A stretch of DNA of 64,000 nucleotides from Rhizaria sp. SCN 62-66 (taxonomy: Eukaryota). The first letter of the stretch is position 1. Every line of letters starts with the position of its first letter. The stretch is from contig MEDY01000064.1 in assembly GCA_001724265.1 (NCBI GenBank), forward strand, positions 62,001-126,000. The letters are read 5' to 3'. The notes under the pieces are model-generated. The model did not search any database, had not been told where the DNA came from, and saw nothing but the letters and a program-made list of their open reading frames with translations. Positions 12,092 to 24,757 of the stretch are shown piece by piece. Both the position numbers and the translations under genes were made by a program.

Positions 12092-13951
12092 ATGTTTACA
12101 GCTCTCGCTGAGCCGTCTTACTGGGCTCGGGCCTTGCCCTCGACTCCCAGCTCAGAGAACGACTGTGCCAACCCACTCGCCACAGAGGATGCCGACACCG
12201 GGGGCTGGTGCAGCTCCTTATTTCCATCTTCATACACCGTGATGCATGCGCCCGTTGAGATTCTGCGCTCTGCCGCCCCCGTTGTGATTGCGAGCCGCAG
12301 TCTAACGCGCGACGCGTACGGTCCTTCGCCCCTGCTGCAGTTCCAACAACAGCAGCATCAGCAGCTGCCGTCGCAGCCGCACTCGCAGTATGACGCATAC
12401 GCAGTGTCACCTGTAGTGCGACACTCACCGCCCCCGCGCACCGTCTACGGCCCCGCTGTCATGAGCTCGCAGCCGCTCAACACGAGTAGCAGGAGTAGCT
12501 TGTCACTTTCGCAGCCGCAGCTGCAGTTGCAGCTGAGCCGCAGCTCGCCGGCGCAGTGCAACACCAGCGGCAGTGGTAGCCGCCTGCAGTCGCCCGGCTG
12601 CGCGCGGTCACTGAGCGCGCAGTCGTTCGGCCCTCCACAGCCGCAGTCAGCGGCGGCCGCAGCCGTGCACAGCAGTGCGCAACGAAGCACACGAGAGCTA
12701 CAAGATACACGGGAGCTACGGGACACACAGCTACGAGGCACCCGGGAGCAACGGAAAACACGGGCGCCTCTGGCGGCGGCGTCCTACGCGCAGAGGGCAA
12801 GCTCGCTCAGTGCGACAGCTGAGAGCTCAAACCTGGCAGGCACCCCGATAGACGCGATCATGAACCCCAAAGCCACAGCTTCTGTGCCTGCCGCCACAGC
12901 CGCGCAGTCTGCACATACCAATGTATCTGCGTCTGCGTTCACAGTCGCGGTGGATTCTGTGGCAGCTCAGGCCGTGTCTTCTGCGTTTGATTGCCGTGAC
13001 AGCAATGACACCATTGAGATCGCGGACGGCAGCGTATCTGACACTGCAAGTGCAGGCGCAGGCGCTCGTCCACGGGACCGCAGCGACCGCGACGGCACTT
13101 ACACTCCCACTCACAGTGACCGCGACCGCGACCGTGATCGTGAGCGCGACCGCAGTGAACGTAGCCGCGGTGAACGCGACCGTAGCGACCGGGACCGTGG
13201 GCGTGATAGTGTGCGTGCCACTGACCGTGACAGTGTCCGCAATGTCTTGCCAAGCAGCACTGACAGCATGTCCGTCAGCAGTGCCTCGCTGAGCAGGAAG
13301 ATCGTAAGCAGCGCTCTGGTGACTGCGGCTGGGAACAGTGGTGACGACTTGCTTGCGCTGTTCACCTCGCACAGCAAGAGCACTTCGAGTCAGCGTATCA
13401 GTGCAAGCTCGAACGCGAGCGGGCATGCTAGCAACTCATATTCTAGTAGGTTCAGCCAAACGAGCAGCAGCTATGCGCATGCCTACTCTGCCAGCCACAG
13501 GGACACTGCCCACACTGCTGATAATGCGATGCAGAACCCCTTTGAGGCGGCCGCCGCTGCTGCTGCTGCCACCGCCGCCGCAGTGCGAAGGGCGTCTAAG
13601 GGCCTTGGTTCCAACAGTACAAACACAAGCAGGGCTGTTAATCCCCAAACGAGCAGTGTCAGTTCGAGTAGCAATGTCCGCGTGGGCAGCTTAAGTCACT
13701 CCCATGTTTCCACAGCGACCAATCACACAGCTGCACAGACCACCGGCCCTACGAAGAGTATGCATTTCGCAGCGCGCGCTAGTGAGAATCCTCAGGTCGT
13801 CAATAGGCGCAGTGCGGCTTCTATCCCTGCTGCAAGCGCTGTCTCAGGTGTCTCTGTTTCTAGCTCAAGCTCGTCGCACGCTGCAGTGCTTGCCGCGGCT
13901 GAAGACAAGAAACGCGCACAGGAGGCAGAACTGGCTGCGTTCTTCAACTAA
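12092..13951 (+). CDS. Ser/Ala-rich low-complexity hypothetical protein with an RD/RE/RS dipeptide tract (619 aa)
   Basis: Single ORF with ATG after an AT-rich flank. Contains the tract DRDRDRDRERDRSERSRGERDRSDRD. Stop TAA. No family recognised. Confidence 0.7.
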   Translation: MFTALAEPSYWARALPSTPSSENDCANPLATEDADTGGWCSSLFPSSYTVMHAPVEILRSAAPVVIASRSLTRDAYGPSPLLQFQQQQHQQLPSQPHSQYDAYAVSPVVRHSPPPRTVYGPAVMSSQPLNTSSRSSLSLSQPQLQLQLSRSSPAQCNTSGSGSRLQSPGCARSLSAQSFGPPQPQSAAAAAVHSSAQRSTRELQDTRELRDTQLRGTREQRKTRAPLAAASYAQRASSLSATAESSNLAGTPIDAIMNPKATASVPAATAAQSAHTNVSASAFTVAVDSVAAQAVSSAFDCRDSNDTIEIADGSVSDTASAGAGARPRDRSDRDGTYTPTHSDRDRDRDRERDRSERSRGERDRSDRDRGRDSVRATDRDSVRNVLPSSTDSMSVSSASLSRKIVSSALVTAAGNSGDDLLALFTSHSKSTSSQRISASSNASGHASNSYSSRFSQTSSSYAHAYSASHRDTAHTADNAMQNPFEAAAAAAAATAAAVRRASKGLGSNSTNTSRAVNPQTSSVSSSSNVRVGSLSHSHVSTATNHTAAQTTGPTKSMHFAARASENPQVVNRRSAASIPAASAVSGVSVSSSSSSHAAVLAAAEDKKRAQEAELAAFFN

Positions 13952-14159
13952 GCAACCATGGTGCACGAGATAATCATTATTACATTAGCCTAAACAACCG
14001 AGTTATACATAGTCACTGAATTTATCGCCACTAAAGTGAGTCCAACTGCAAATTATATCGAATCTCTGTATTTTACATTGCTAAGTAGCCATAACTTGAA
14101 CTATATATAATCCGTTTTATATCTCGCACCTTCGGGAGTGACACACGCACCATCGTCCC

Positions 14160-16264
14160 TCAGAAGTCGAGGTACACGTCGAGCGGAAAGCTGACCATAG
14201 CTGCGAGCGCCTTGACGTCCTCGAGCGCGAGCGTCGTGGCAAGCTTCCAGTCCTCGACGGCCTCCGACCGGCCGGCGTCCGCGCGCACAAGCAGCTTGAG
14301 TCCCACGAGTCCTCGTAGACGCGCGGTCAGCAGCCCCCAGGGCAGCCCGGCCGCGGCGGGCGCGGGCCGCTGCGGGAACGGGTTGGCGACGAGCGTGGCG
14401 TTGTTGACGGCGCCCGTGTGCGCGTAGGACCCGGCGCCGAACCCGGAGTTGACGGTCTGTCCCTGCGGCGCCGTCACGGGCTTGCCGCAGAGCCCGAAGG
14501 CTAGCAGCGGGGGCACGCCGAAGTCGAGCAGCGCCGTCGTGACGTCGATGCCCGCCGTCGCCGCGCGCCCGCTGCTGGCCTGCGCGAGCGACGCCTCGAC
14601 CAGCGACGACGCGCCCGTGCCCGCGCCGCCACCAACGCCGCCGGTGTACTGATGCTGCGACAGCGAAAAGGATAGCGATTGCGACGGAGTGCCCGGTGCG
14701 TTCACATCGCCAGCACTTGCACCGCTGTTGTTGTTGCCCCCGTGGTAGCTGTTGCTGTTGCTGTTGCTGTTGCTGTGCGAGAGCGAGAGCTTGCGCGCCG
14801 TGAGCGGCGTCGCAAAGGCCCCCGCGACGGGCACCGCGAACACGCCGCCGAGCCCGCTCGCAGCCGACGCGCTGGGCGTGCCGAACGGCGACTGCGCGGC
14901 GCGCATCAGCCCGCCGCCGCCAACGCCGCCGCCGGGGGACTGTGCGCTGCGGCCGCCGCCAAGCCCGCCCAGCCCGGCCGCGAGCCCAGCCGTGACGCTG
15001 TTGCTGGCCGAGAGCAGCCGCAGCGGGTCGCCGCTGCGCGCGCTGGCCGCCGTGGCCGCCGCCGCCGCCGCCGCCGCGGCGACCGCGTGCGATCGCCCCG
15101 CCACCGTGGCGGTAAAGTTGACGAGGCTGACGTTGCGCGAGATGCTCTGGAAGATGGTCAGCAGGCGCTCCACGGGGAAGGGCTTCGCGCCCAGCAGCGC
15201 CGCCGATAGCACCGCGCGGCGCGTGGAAGAGAGCGCGTCGCTGCCGTGGCGCGCGCGGCGGCGCGGCGTCCCGGGGCCCGCGGCGCCGCCGCCGGTGGTG
15301 GCCGGCGGGAAGACGATTGCGTCGTCCTTGGGCGGGACGAGCGAGGCGAGCGTGGCTGCGAAGAGCAAGTACTGCGAGAAGAGCGGCAGCGCCAGCAGAG
15401 GCGCAATCGACGCGCTCGCGGGCAGCGGCGGCACAGGTAGCAGGGGCAGCAGCGGCTCGCCGACAGCGGGCGCAACAGCAGTGGAGCTCGCGCCTGCGTC
15501 GTTATTGCCGGCGCCGCTACTGCTCGACTTTGACTCGTCTGTGCCGTCGTTCAGAACATTAGCCTTTCCTGACTTGACTGTAGTCGGGGCTGACCGCAAC
15601 AAGCCGCCGCTATTCCGACCTTCTTCAGCGTCAGTCATCGCTACAGCACTCGCAGAGGCACTGCACTTCGACACATTCGCGCTGCTAGTCGCGGCCGCAC
15701 CGCCGTCGCCGGCCGCGGCGCCCTGCCTGGCCACGGCAGCCACAGCGGCGGGCGCGAGCGCGAAGACGCTGAGCACGCCCGCGAGCTGGGCCTCGCGCTG
15801 GTACAGGCACTGCGAGGCCGCCGTGACCAGCGGCGCGAGCGACTACCACAACACTGGCGGCAGCGCGCGCGCGGGCAGGAGCCGCGCCACCGCCGCTGCG
15901 ACTGCAGCAGGGTCTGCGTTACTGGCGTCAAACTCGATGTCCGGGCGAGCGTTCACACTGGACGAGTTACCACTGCCGCCGCTGCTGCAGCTGCTTGTGC
16001 TGTTTGCAGTAGCCGCGATGGAGACCGCGGCTTGTGTGTAGTGGTACGCGTACACGCACGCCGCAAGCGCTGGCAGGAGCGTGGTGGTGCTGAAATACAG
16101 CTCCCGGACGTCGTTGCAGCCGAGCGAGCAGACCGACAGCGTGAAAGCCACAAACGCGCGCACCACGGGCGGCTGCACCAGCGCCGACAGACGCAGCGCG
16201 GGGCCGCCCGGCGGCGCCAGCAGCGGGGGCAGCGTCGGCAGGACTAACGCAATCGGCGATGCAC

Positions 16265-16360
<96 letters not shown>

Positions 16361-17622
16361 GTTGTGACCACTGTTTGCGTTCGTGCCAGCTGACGACGGC
16401 GACGACGGAGCAGCGGCGCTTGCAGAGGACAACAAGGCTGACGGTGACGACGGTGTGGCGGGGCGCGATGCAAGAGTGCGACTGTGTGCCGGCGGGGTTG
16501 CGACGACACCGGCGATGGTGAAAGAGCGCGCCGAGTGCGGCCGCCGCGACTGCGACTGTGCCAGCTGCTGCTGTTGCTTGAGCTGCTCGTAGGCGGCCGA
16601 GTACGTCGGCAGCAGCTGTAGCAGCACGGGCAGCAGCGACGCCGGCGGGGCCGCGAGCGGGAGCAGGGGGTCCTGAGTCTGCAGCTTGCGGGCAATGATG
16701 TCAGTCAAGGCGTCTTCGGAGTAGGCAGGGAAACGTAGCGGAGTCACCTGCGAGAAAGAAAAAACACAAGGGTAAAATAATTAAATAAGACTTGTTTCCG
16801 ATACACAAACAAAGTTCCTGTTGTCCAAATAAACCCGTGAGATGCACATTCTTGCATTTGTCTCTGCGTACGTACCTCCATGCCGATGTCTTCCCCGAGC
16901 GAGGGCCAAATGCCGCGTGAGATAAACACAACGCCAATTGGGGCCGCCAGCACGTCGGCTAGCCGCACAAGCTGAGCGAGCATCGAGCCCAGCAGCGGCG
17001 CCACCGACGCCGCGCCGCCGCCGCTGCCGCTGACACCGCCGCTGTTACTGCCACCGAGGCGCCGCAGGCGCTGCGCGTCGTCGATGACGATGTAGAACGG
17101 ACTCGTCTCGCACAGCAGCGGTGGCGGCGCAGGGCGCGCGTTAGCCCGCGCCGCGGTGGCCGTGTCGCGCGCGGCGGCGAGCAGCGCGATAAGGTCGCCG
17201 ACGCGGTCCGGCTGCCGGTCGCGGTGGTTGCGGAAGTCGCCGTAGTCGCCGTCGACCAGCGGGGCCGCGGGATCCAGCAGCGCCGCCGCAACGGCCGCCA
17301 CGCGCGGGGCGGCGCCGCCAAAGTAGGGCAGCATGTCGTCGGCGAGCTGGGACAGCAGCGCGCGGTCGGAGCGCGCCGTGGCGAGGTCGAGGTGGCTGTG
17401 GGGCACTTTCAGCGCAGACAGAACGCTGCGGGTGAGTGCGGTCTTGCCCGTACCGCCGCGGCCGTAGATGTGCACGCACCGGGTCACAAGCGCCTTGCTG
17501 CTGAGGAGCAGGAGAAGGGAGTCGACCTGGTCCGAGCGGTGCGGCCACTGGGAGCTCAGCGCGGCTGCTGTCGCACTCAGGTTCATGTGCGACGAGCTGG
17601 ACGCAGCCAGTTTGGAAGACAT
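14160..17622 (-). CDS. ORC5: Origin recognition complex subunit 5 (~1110 aa if an in-frame TAG and a 1-nt frameshift are bypassed)
   Basis: Exons 17622-16876 and 16747-14160. Motifs: WPHRSDQVDSL, IYGRGGTGKT (Walker A), YIVIDDAQRL, LRFPAYS, CNDVREL, LW*SLAP..LYQRE, LPLFSQYLLFAA, LLGAKPFPVERLLTIFQSI, VSFPLDVYL. The frame breaks at the edge of the (AAC)31 tract near 16360. In-frame TAG at 15845-15843. Stop TGA. Confidence 0.85.
16266..16363 (-). repeat. (AAC)31 trinucleotide microsatellite inside ORC5 exon 2 (poly-Asn), with one imperfect unit
   Basis: Perfect GTT units at 16266-16358, then GT, then one more GTT. Confidence 0.95.
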
Positions 17623-17850
17623 ACACAAGGTTAGAACACAGAAATTTATGAGAATAAAGAAGCTGGCATGTGAACATACATATCAAAATTTCACTTAAAT
17701 TGACGATGATACCAGCGAGTTGGAGTTTGTCTTGTGTCTAACGGTCGGCGGGCAGAACGATGACCGCGTCGGGCGAGGGCGCAAAAAATCGTAGGCAGAG
17801 CAGACTGATGGCGTGTTCAAACGCTTGCTGTACGGAAACCATTACTCAAA

Positions 17851-19129
17851 ATGGCAACTAAGACGCATCAGTTCAAGGTACGCACACTTTTTGTTTTGCT
17901 TATCATTTCGATGTCGTCTGCTAAGGTCAAACTTCCTGCGCTATTCGACCTCGCGCGAGTCGGGCGACGATGCCCATTGCACACCTCTATCGTCACATTT
18001 TGCCATTCTCGTGCACATCTTGCTCTCCGTAAATTGCGCCGCGGGGCAACTTTCCAAGTTTTTTGCTGAGTCATGACTGTATGGTGCTTATTATAAGCTC
18101 AACAGTCATGATCTCATCGCGCTGCATACTTTCGAGGCTAACTGAGCCAGGATTGCAGTACCTTGCAACCGCCACAGTAGCCATTTGCGTCACTAATGCT
18201 CCGCACTTTACAGCTCTTGACACGGCTTACTCTAAGTTGCTCACCTTTGCGTTTCACCCCATCTGATCTTGCTGTCCCCATCGCACCACTCACTTGCGCC
18301 GCCACACTTGCAAACACCCTATCTCCTCTCTGCTGCTCACCGTGCCGCCTGCACTCCGCCGACTCACAGCTCGTGCTTGTCGGCGACACCGCCGTGGGCA
18401 AGTCCAGTCTCGTGCTGCGGTTCGTCAAGCGCCAGTTCTTCGAGTACCAGGAGAGCACGATCGGCGCCTCGTTCCTGACGCAGACGGTCAAGCTCGACAC
18501 GTGCAACGTCAAGTTCGAGATCTGGGACACTGCCGGTACGTGAGATAGCGCTGCATCATCGCATATGACGGACATATCCATCGATTCCTTGCTATGTCTT
18601 TTATTATCATTGAGCTTCCATTCATTTGTCTTTGCACATGCAGTGTTGATTACTCACTGTCTCTCACTCTCTACCTCTGTTACGAACGCAACACAACGTG
18701 TCCCCTGACGTACATCCACGCTTCCGTGCTGCAGGCCAAGAGCGCTACCACTCACTGGCGCCGATGTACTACCGCGACGCTGCAGCGGCCGTGATCGTGT
18801 ACGACATCACATCGGCGGCGTCGTATCAGCGCGCGCAGGCGTGGGCCAAGGAGATCCAGATGCAGGGCCACCACAACGTCATAATCGCGCTCGCGGGCAA
18901 CAAGCTCGACCTGGCCGAGCACCGCGCCGTGCCGCGCGATGAGGTCGAGGCCTACGCCAAGGAGGAGGGACTCAGCTTCTTCGAGACGAGCGCCAAAGAC
19001 AACATCAACGTCGACGACATCTTCCGCACCGTGGCCGAGCGTCTGCCCAAGGGTCCCGCGCCGCAGAAGGCCGCCAACACTGTCGTCATCGACGACAAGC
19101 AGGAGAAGAAGACCAGCTGCTGCAAGTAA
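17851..19129 (+). CDS. RAB5: Rab5-family small GTPase (195 aa, 3 exons)
   Basis: Exons 17851-17877, 18370-18535, 18735-19129. Motifs: [62 protein letters not shown]-terminal SCCK. Stop TAA. Confidence 0.95.
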
Positions 19130-20207
19130 ACCAACTGCCGATTGAACACTGGCGACGCACACTTTTGTGTACGCTTATTATCGTCCGTTCTATCTTTTCG
19201 TGTTACTTGTCGTCGGCGCTACGCGTCGTGCATTCATCCATTTTTGTGTATGTTGCTGTTGTTACTGTTGTTGTTGTTGTTCAAGTGAGTACTGTTCACA
19301 CACATGTGCGCCGCTGCGTTGCCCAAGTAGCTTGTCGCAGCTCCAACTGCTGCGACATGTGATGCTTTGCTTTCTCTTGATCCTTGTTGTGTTGCTGTTT
19401 TTCAAATGTTTCTCTGTGATTGTGCTGTTTCAGATATTATTTCTTTTTATGTGTTCAATGTTTTCTCTTTGTGCTTCATTTACACACACATACCGTGTGT
19501 ATGGGTGTCCTGTTTTGTTTGTTTCGTCTCGTTTTGTTTTTTACTCAACCGATACATATCCACTAAATTCAGTTCTGTTCATTGACATTATACGCATCCG
19601 TCCAATATGTTATATTTAGCATACGTCTCTTTGATTTCATAATGAACATTTTCACTGACCGCAGAATCAAGTTATGCAAACACACTCTGCACTGGTAAGA
19701 ATATTCGTAAGCTCGAGTCAAATAGCCATGCAGCATCGCGTTAATGGTAAATTATGTATATAACGAGGAGTCGATGCACGGACAACAAATTGTTGTGTTT
19801 AATAGTATTGTGAAGACAGCGCAACCGCAATCCACGAGCTTGTTTCAAAAAACCAACGGACAGATATGAAAAACAAAACAACAAAAAATAGATGCTACGT
19901 GACGCGTAGCATGTAGATAACGGTAGGACGGAATATTAGAGTGAACAGACAAACTGAACTGAAATAACAAACAAAGACAAAAAATAAACACAAAAAACAC
20001 ATCAACAAACAAACTAAAACTACATTCACGAACGCTTTGCAATTGGCTCCTTTCTGCGCGGCAAGTTGAAGCGACCTGAATGTTTGTCAGATTGATTGCG
20101 CTAATCGACTTCTTCGATGACAGTACGGTCGGTATCTATACTATACTCATAAAGAATACTTGAGTTGATTAAATATCTCAATATTTAACTTAAACACGAC
20201 TGCTTAC

Positions 20208-22235
20208 TTAGACGGAGTGGAAGCCGGTGACCCAGCGCACCTTGTCGCCGCCGTCGAGGAAGAGCTCGGCGCGGAAGTTTTGCGCCTTCAGCATGCCCGC
20301 AACGGCCACGGCCTGGTCCTGCGAGCCGACCTCGAGCACCACGCGCGGCACCTGCGACAACACGGCGCGCTCCACCGTCGCCGACAGCGGCGGCGCGGCC
20401 TCGGCGGCGGCTGCCGCGGCGGAGACGCCCAGCGACGTGTTGCCCGAGTGCGCGAAGGTCGGCGTGGGTGTCGACACGGCGTTGCGGAGCCAAATCTCTT
20501 CGATCGGCCGCAGCAGCCGCGGCGCGGTCCACGCGATGCGCTCGTAGAAGGCCAGCGCCAGCGTCTCGGCCTCCTCGGCGGTCGGCCAGTGCACCGACGC
20601 AGACATCGCGCAGGCGTGCGCGGCGGCCTCGGCGCGGAACGAGGCCGGCACGTTGGGCACCAGCGCGTCGCGGTTCTCCCAGTCGCGCACTTCGGGCGCC
20701 AGCGTGGAGTGCTCGGCCGCAGTCACGTAGGGCGGGTTTGAGACGAGCATGTCGAAGAGGCGCGACTTGGGCGACTGGGTCGCAGCCTGGAAGCGAAAAG
20801 CAAAAGAAACAAGAGAAGAGACAGCCATAGGGTATGTGAGATAATGATATAAAGATGCGGATCGATATGAGAGAATAATGAGAGAAGTTACAAGTCATAG
20901 CATGACATTGTAGATTCAAAAGAGGAAACGAGAAACGCAGGTCCAAGCTGAAACGCCTAGCATGCGTGAGTGCGCATATATGCAGCCCGATAAGATCAGT
21001 GCAATGCAAACGCGACAGTGAAATGAAGCGTACCTGCGGCATGCTGTGCGCCGTGAGCGTCGAAGTGTAGAAGTTGCCCTTGGCGTTACCGCGCGCTTGC
21101 AAGTCGAGCAGGCCCAGCGGCGCGGCCGGCGCACTCGCACCCTTCAACGCGCCGGCGGCGCCGCTGCCGCTGCCACTGCCGGCGGCGCCGTCGGGGTGCG
21201 GGTGCGTGCTGTCGTCCGACGCCATCGCCGTGGGGCTGCGGCGGTCCACGAAGACGTCGCAGTGCGAGAAGTAAGCGTTGAGCACGCCGTTGAGCGTGCC
21301 GTTCTCGCGCGCCAGGCGCACCGCGCGCTCGTCGGCGTCGGCACCCAGCACGTCGGCGAGCGGGAACTGCGACGCGAGCGCGAGCGCGATGCTGCCCGAG
21401 CCAGAGCACAGGTCGAGCAGGTTGAACGCCGGCGACTGGAGCGCGGACCGGGCGACGTTGTGCTGCGAACGGATCGCGTCGAAGCTGCCGTGGCGGAACT
21501 TGTGCACGGGGAAGCCGCGGATCGTGTCCTGGACGTCGGTGAGCGCGGCGGGCAGTGGGGCGCCCGTGGTGCGGCACTGCTCGAGCGCGCGGATGTGGGC
21601 GATGAGCCAGGCCGAGAGCTCCTCCGTCTCGGGCCGCGGAATCAGGATCGGCTGCCGCGTGCGGAGCTTCAGCGAACAGAAGCTCACGTCGCCGAGGATG
21701 TACTGCGCAAAGAGGGCACATCGGGGCGGAAAAGGAGGGAGGATGACGACAGGTTTGGCCAAGACAAGGGTGGGGGATTTGAATGAGCAGGGAACGTTTG
21801 AGACGATGTAGCGGGGGGAGGTGGATAACAAGCTGCACGGTTCAAGCATTGCAGACATAAGGAACTATGAATTACGAAGTCACTTTAAGATTAACGTTTT
21901 CTGCTTGGTTTGCTCCACACAAAAGGGACGATGGCCGAGAGTGAGGAGCACGGAAGATATGAGAAGCAATAACGCACCTGGAGCGGCTTGCGGGCATCGA
22001 TGCGGTCTGAGATCATCTTGTCAAAGTTCTCGCTCTGTGACGGGTTGAGCATCTTGCCGATCTCGATCTCCAGCTCCGGGATCGGGTTGCGCGCCTCGAC
22101 GGCGTCTTGCACGAGGTGGTGCTGACTCTTGCCCGCGGCGGCAGAGAGCATCCACCACGCCTCACGGGTCGCGTTGGACGTCACCGCGCTCAGACGGGAC
22201 ACAACGTCGCACACCTTGGTCTTAGCAGAAGCCAT
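20208..22235 (-). CDS. HEMK1: HemK/PrmC-family release-factor Gln N5-methyltransferase (probably mitochondrial HEMK1 type), ~501 aa
   Basis: Exons 22235-21978, 21702-21034, 20786-20208; the 5' end may extend further. Motifs: RKPLQYILG, ILIPRPETEEL, LDLCSGSGSIALALA, LVSNPPYV, EVRDWE..AL. Stop TAA. Confidence 0.88.
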
Positions 22236-22851
22236 GCGGAGTTCTGTAGGGAGCGAGACGGTCAGGAAAAAACAAATACAGACGGATGGAGGGTAGCGTG
22301 AGCAGGGTGGCGTGGGGAACAAAAGGGACTCTAAAGGAGACAAAGCACACTGAATGTTGCCCTATGAAATCAACATCAATAAGACAATAATATTAACACA
22401 CGTTAGTTCCGATCTTGTTGAACCTTAGAACCGCTATTATGCGTGGGGTTGCAGCGAAATGACCCACTATCTTCGAATCTATGCAAATGCTTCGCGGCTC
22501 ATTTGAAAGGAGTGTTTCCCGACTGGACTCGGGCACCACGCTCCCTGGCCGCTCAAAACGCATTTGTGGTCAAGTCGTTTCGGCGGTATTTTCAAGTAAA
22601 AGACGAGCAAAACAAGTTATATCTAATCCATATTCATGTATGTATGCGCTTGAATAATAACGCGCAGCTGTTTTAATTCAATCATGACGCGCGACAGCGC
22701 TCACTGTCACACAGCAACATAAGCATGCGTGCCCCATCACCAGACCTTCGACACACTCCTCACTTGCATTGTCTTGACTCTCAATCCTCGCGTCTCACTG
22801 CTCGAACTTAGCTTTTGATAATAAGGGTCTACGTTACGCGCGTAAAAAAAC

Positions 22852-24484
22852 TCACCGCAGGAGGTCGGAGACGGCCTCGGACATGTCGCGGCCGGGCCCG
22901 CCCTTCTTCTTGCCGTCGTCCTCGTCGTCGTCGTCGCTGTCGCTCATCTCGAACTCGCCCAGCATCACGCGCTTGATCTTGAGCAGCATTGCCACCGTCC
23001 ACGAGTCCAGCGGGTACGTCGCGTTGAACTCGCCGCACGTCTTGGTGTACGCGCGCACGCCGCTGGCGCCCTGTTGGAAGGCAGCCATGAGTTTCTTGAG
23101 GATCTCGCGCTCCTGCGACGCGGCCCACTTGGCCGACACGGCGCTCAGCACGTCGTCGTAGAACTGCGCGTTGGCCACGTCGTCCTGCATCGCCGAGTCG
23201 ACGAAGATGCACAGCTGCGCACGGAAGCACGCCGTGGTGATCTCCATCGGCGCGTTGCCCTCGACGACCACGGCCTTGAAGATCTCGGCGGCCTTCTTGT
23301 AGTTGCCGCGCTCAGCCATGTACCGGCCCTGCGTGGCGTGTGATTGTGATGCAGCCGCACACAAAAAGAGGAATACGTGCGATAAAATCGCATTGTCGAG
23401 GAGACAGAAGAGAAACACAAATGAGAGTATGATTGTGAACAAACACGCTTACAAATAGAGATAAACGTTACTTGTTCATAAGTTGCTATGATGAGCTATC
23501 TTTTGTCGCTGTCAAAACGTACCCGCGAGAGCTTGCATTGCGCGGCGGTGCTTGCAGCGCCCGCGGCGGCATATGCACCCTCGGCCGCCTCCCATGCGTC
23601 GATGGTGCCCTTGAGGTCTCCGGCGTCCTCGCACATCTGCGCCATCTTCTTGAAGATGATTCCCGCGCCGGTGAAGTTGTTCTCGCCCTGCTTCAACACC
23701 GCGGCCTCCACCATCGCAGCCTGTGCGGTCGCAGTGGGAGGACGATGACGCATTGCGCCGATTTTAGTTCAGTTCAGTTCAGTTGCGCGTTGAGGTTGAG
23801 TCAGGAGGGTGTCAATGAGTGAGAGATAAGATAAGGATGAAAAAATGGCATAGAACAACTAAGTGTGAGTGAAATGGATCTGATGGTCCGCATGCAAACT
23901 CATGTCGTTTCAACACATATCGGTGTTGGGTTTTAGCACCAAAGAGCGATATCCGAGTCTACTGCGCTCAACAAACAAGAATAATACATTATGAAGCATA
24001 AAGGCAGACATGTACCTGCGCCCTCTTGAGGTCGACGGCCTCAAGGATGCCACCGAGCTCCTCGTACTGCTTGGCAAGCTTGGCGTTAGAGCCGTCGCCG
24101 TTAGGGATGAGGTGCGTCTTGTAGACGTCGATCGAGGCCTCGAGCGCAGTGGCCGCCTTGTCAAAGGCGTCGCACTGCATGTACTGGTTGACGGCGCGCT
24201 CGAAGTACTCGATGGCGTCTGTGTAGCGCGACTTGCCCTTGAAGACGTTCTTCGAGGTCGCAGACGACTTGCCTTTCTCAAGATACTTGTCGCCAAGGGC
24301 CTCCGTGTCCACCTATGGGTAGTCGGAGGTTGTCGGAGGGCAAAAACAGGGTTGCAAAGGGGATGCATGTAAGCGAAGGGTCGGGGTTTACGGAAGGCGG
24401 GATTCAAAGAAGTGTATATGTCTTTATAGACTGATAACATGTGCAACGTACGGAAACAGTGCCGTTCTTGGCAATTGTAGTCAT
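22852..24484 (-). CDS. Divergent alpha-SNAP-like NSF attachment protein (334 aa, 4 exons)
   Basis: Exons 24484-24452, 24312-24016, 23720-23523, 23328-22852. Helical repeats (YTDAIEYFERAVNQY, GNYKKAAEIF). LDSWTVAMLLKIKR resembles alpha-SNAP LDQWLTTMLLRIKK. Acidic tail ending DLLR. Stop TGA. Confidence 0.75.
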
Positions 24485-24757
24485 GCTACAACGATGGGAT
24501 AATGTTTCGACAGAAATAAACGAGGATTAGTGGTGAGTGTTGAGGCTGAGAGTTACACATGGAGGGCGAACTTTCAAGAAGGATTAGGCAATCATTTTGT
24601 CATCTTTAAGAATGGTAATAAAACGGACAAAGCATAAAAGGAAGTCAGGTTTATCACATCCAAAAACTGTAGTCATAGACGGACGTTTATCAAGGGAACT
24701 GATCCCCCGCCCAGTGCCGAGAGCCAGTGACCAGACCAAGGACTCGAACCACAGCGA

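Noticed and set aside
15967-16695. Poly-Gln, poly-Thr and poly-Leu ORFs
   Set aside because: Alternative frames of the (AAC)n tract inside ORC5.
19165-20042. Cys/Phe-rich small ORFs after Rab5
   Set aside because: TG/T-rich 3' UTR or intergenic DNA without coding-like composition.
20185-21858. 557-aa single-ORF model for HemK
   Set aside because: It runs through introns; splicing at 21034/20786 is needed to recover the NPPY motif.
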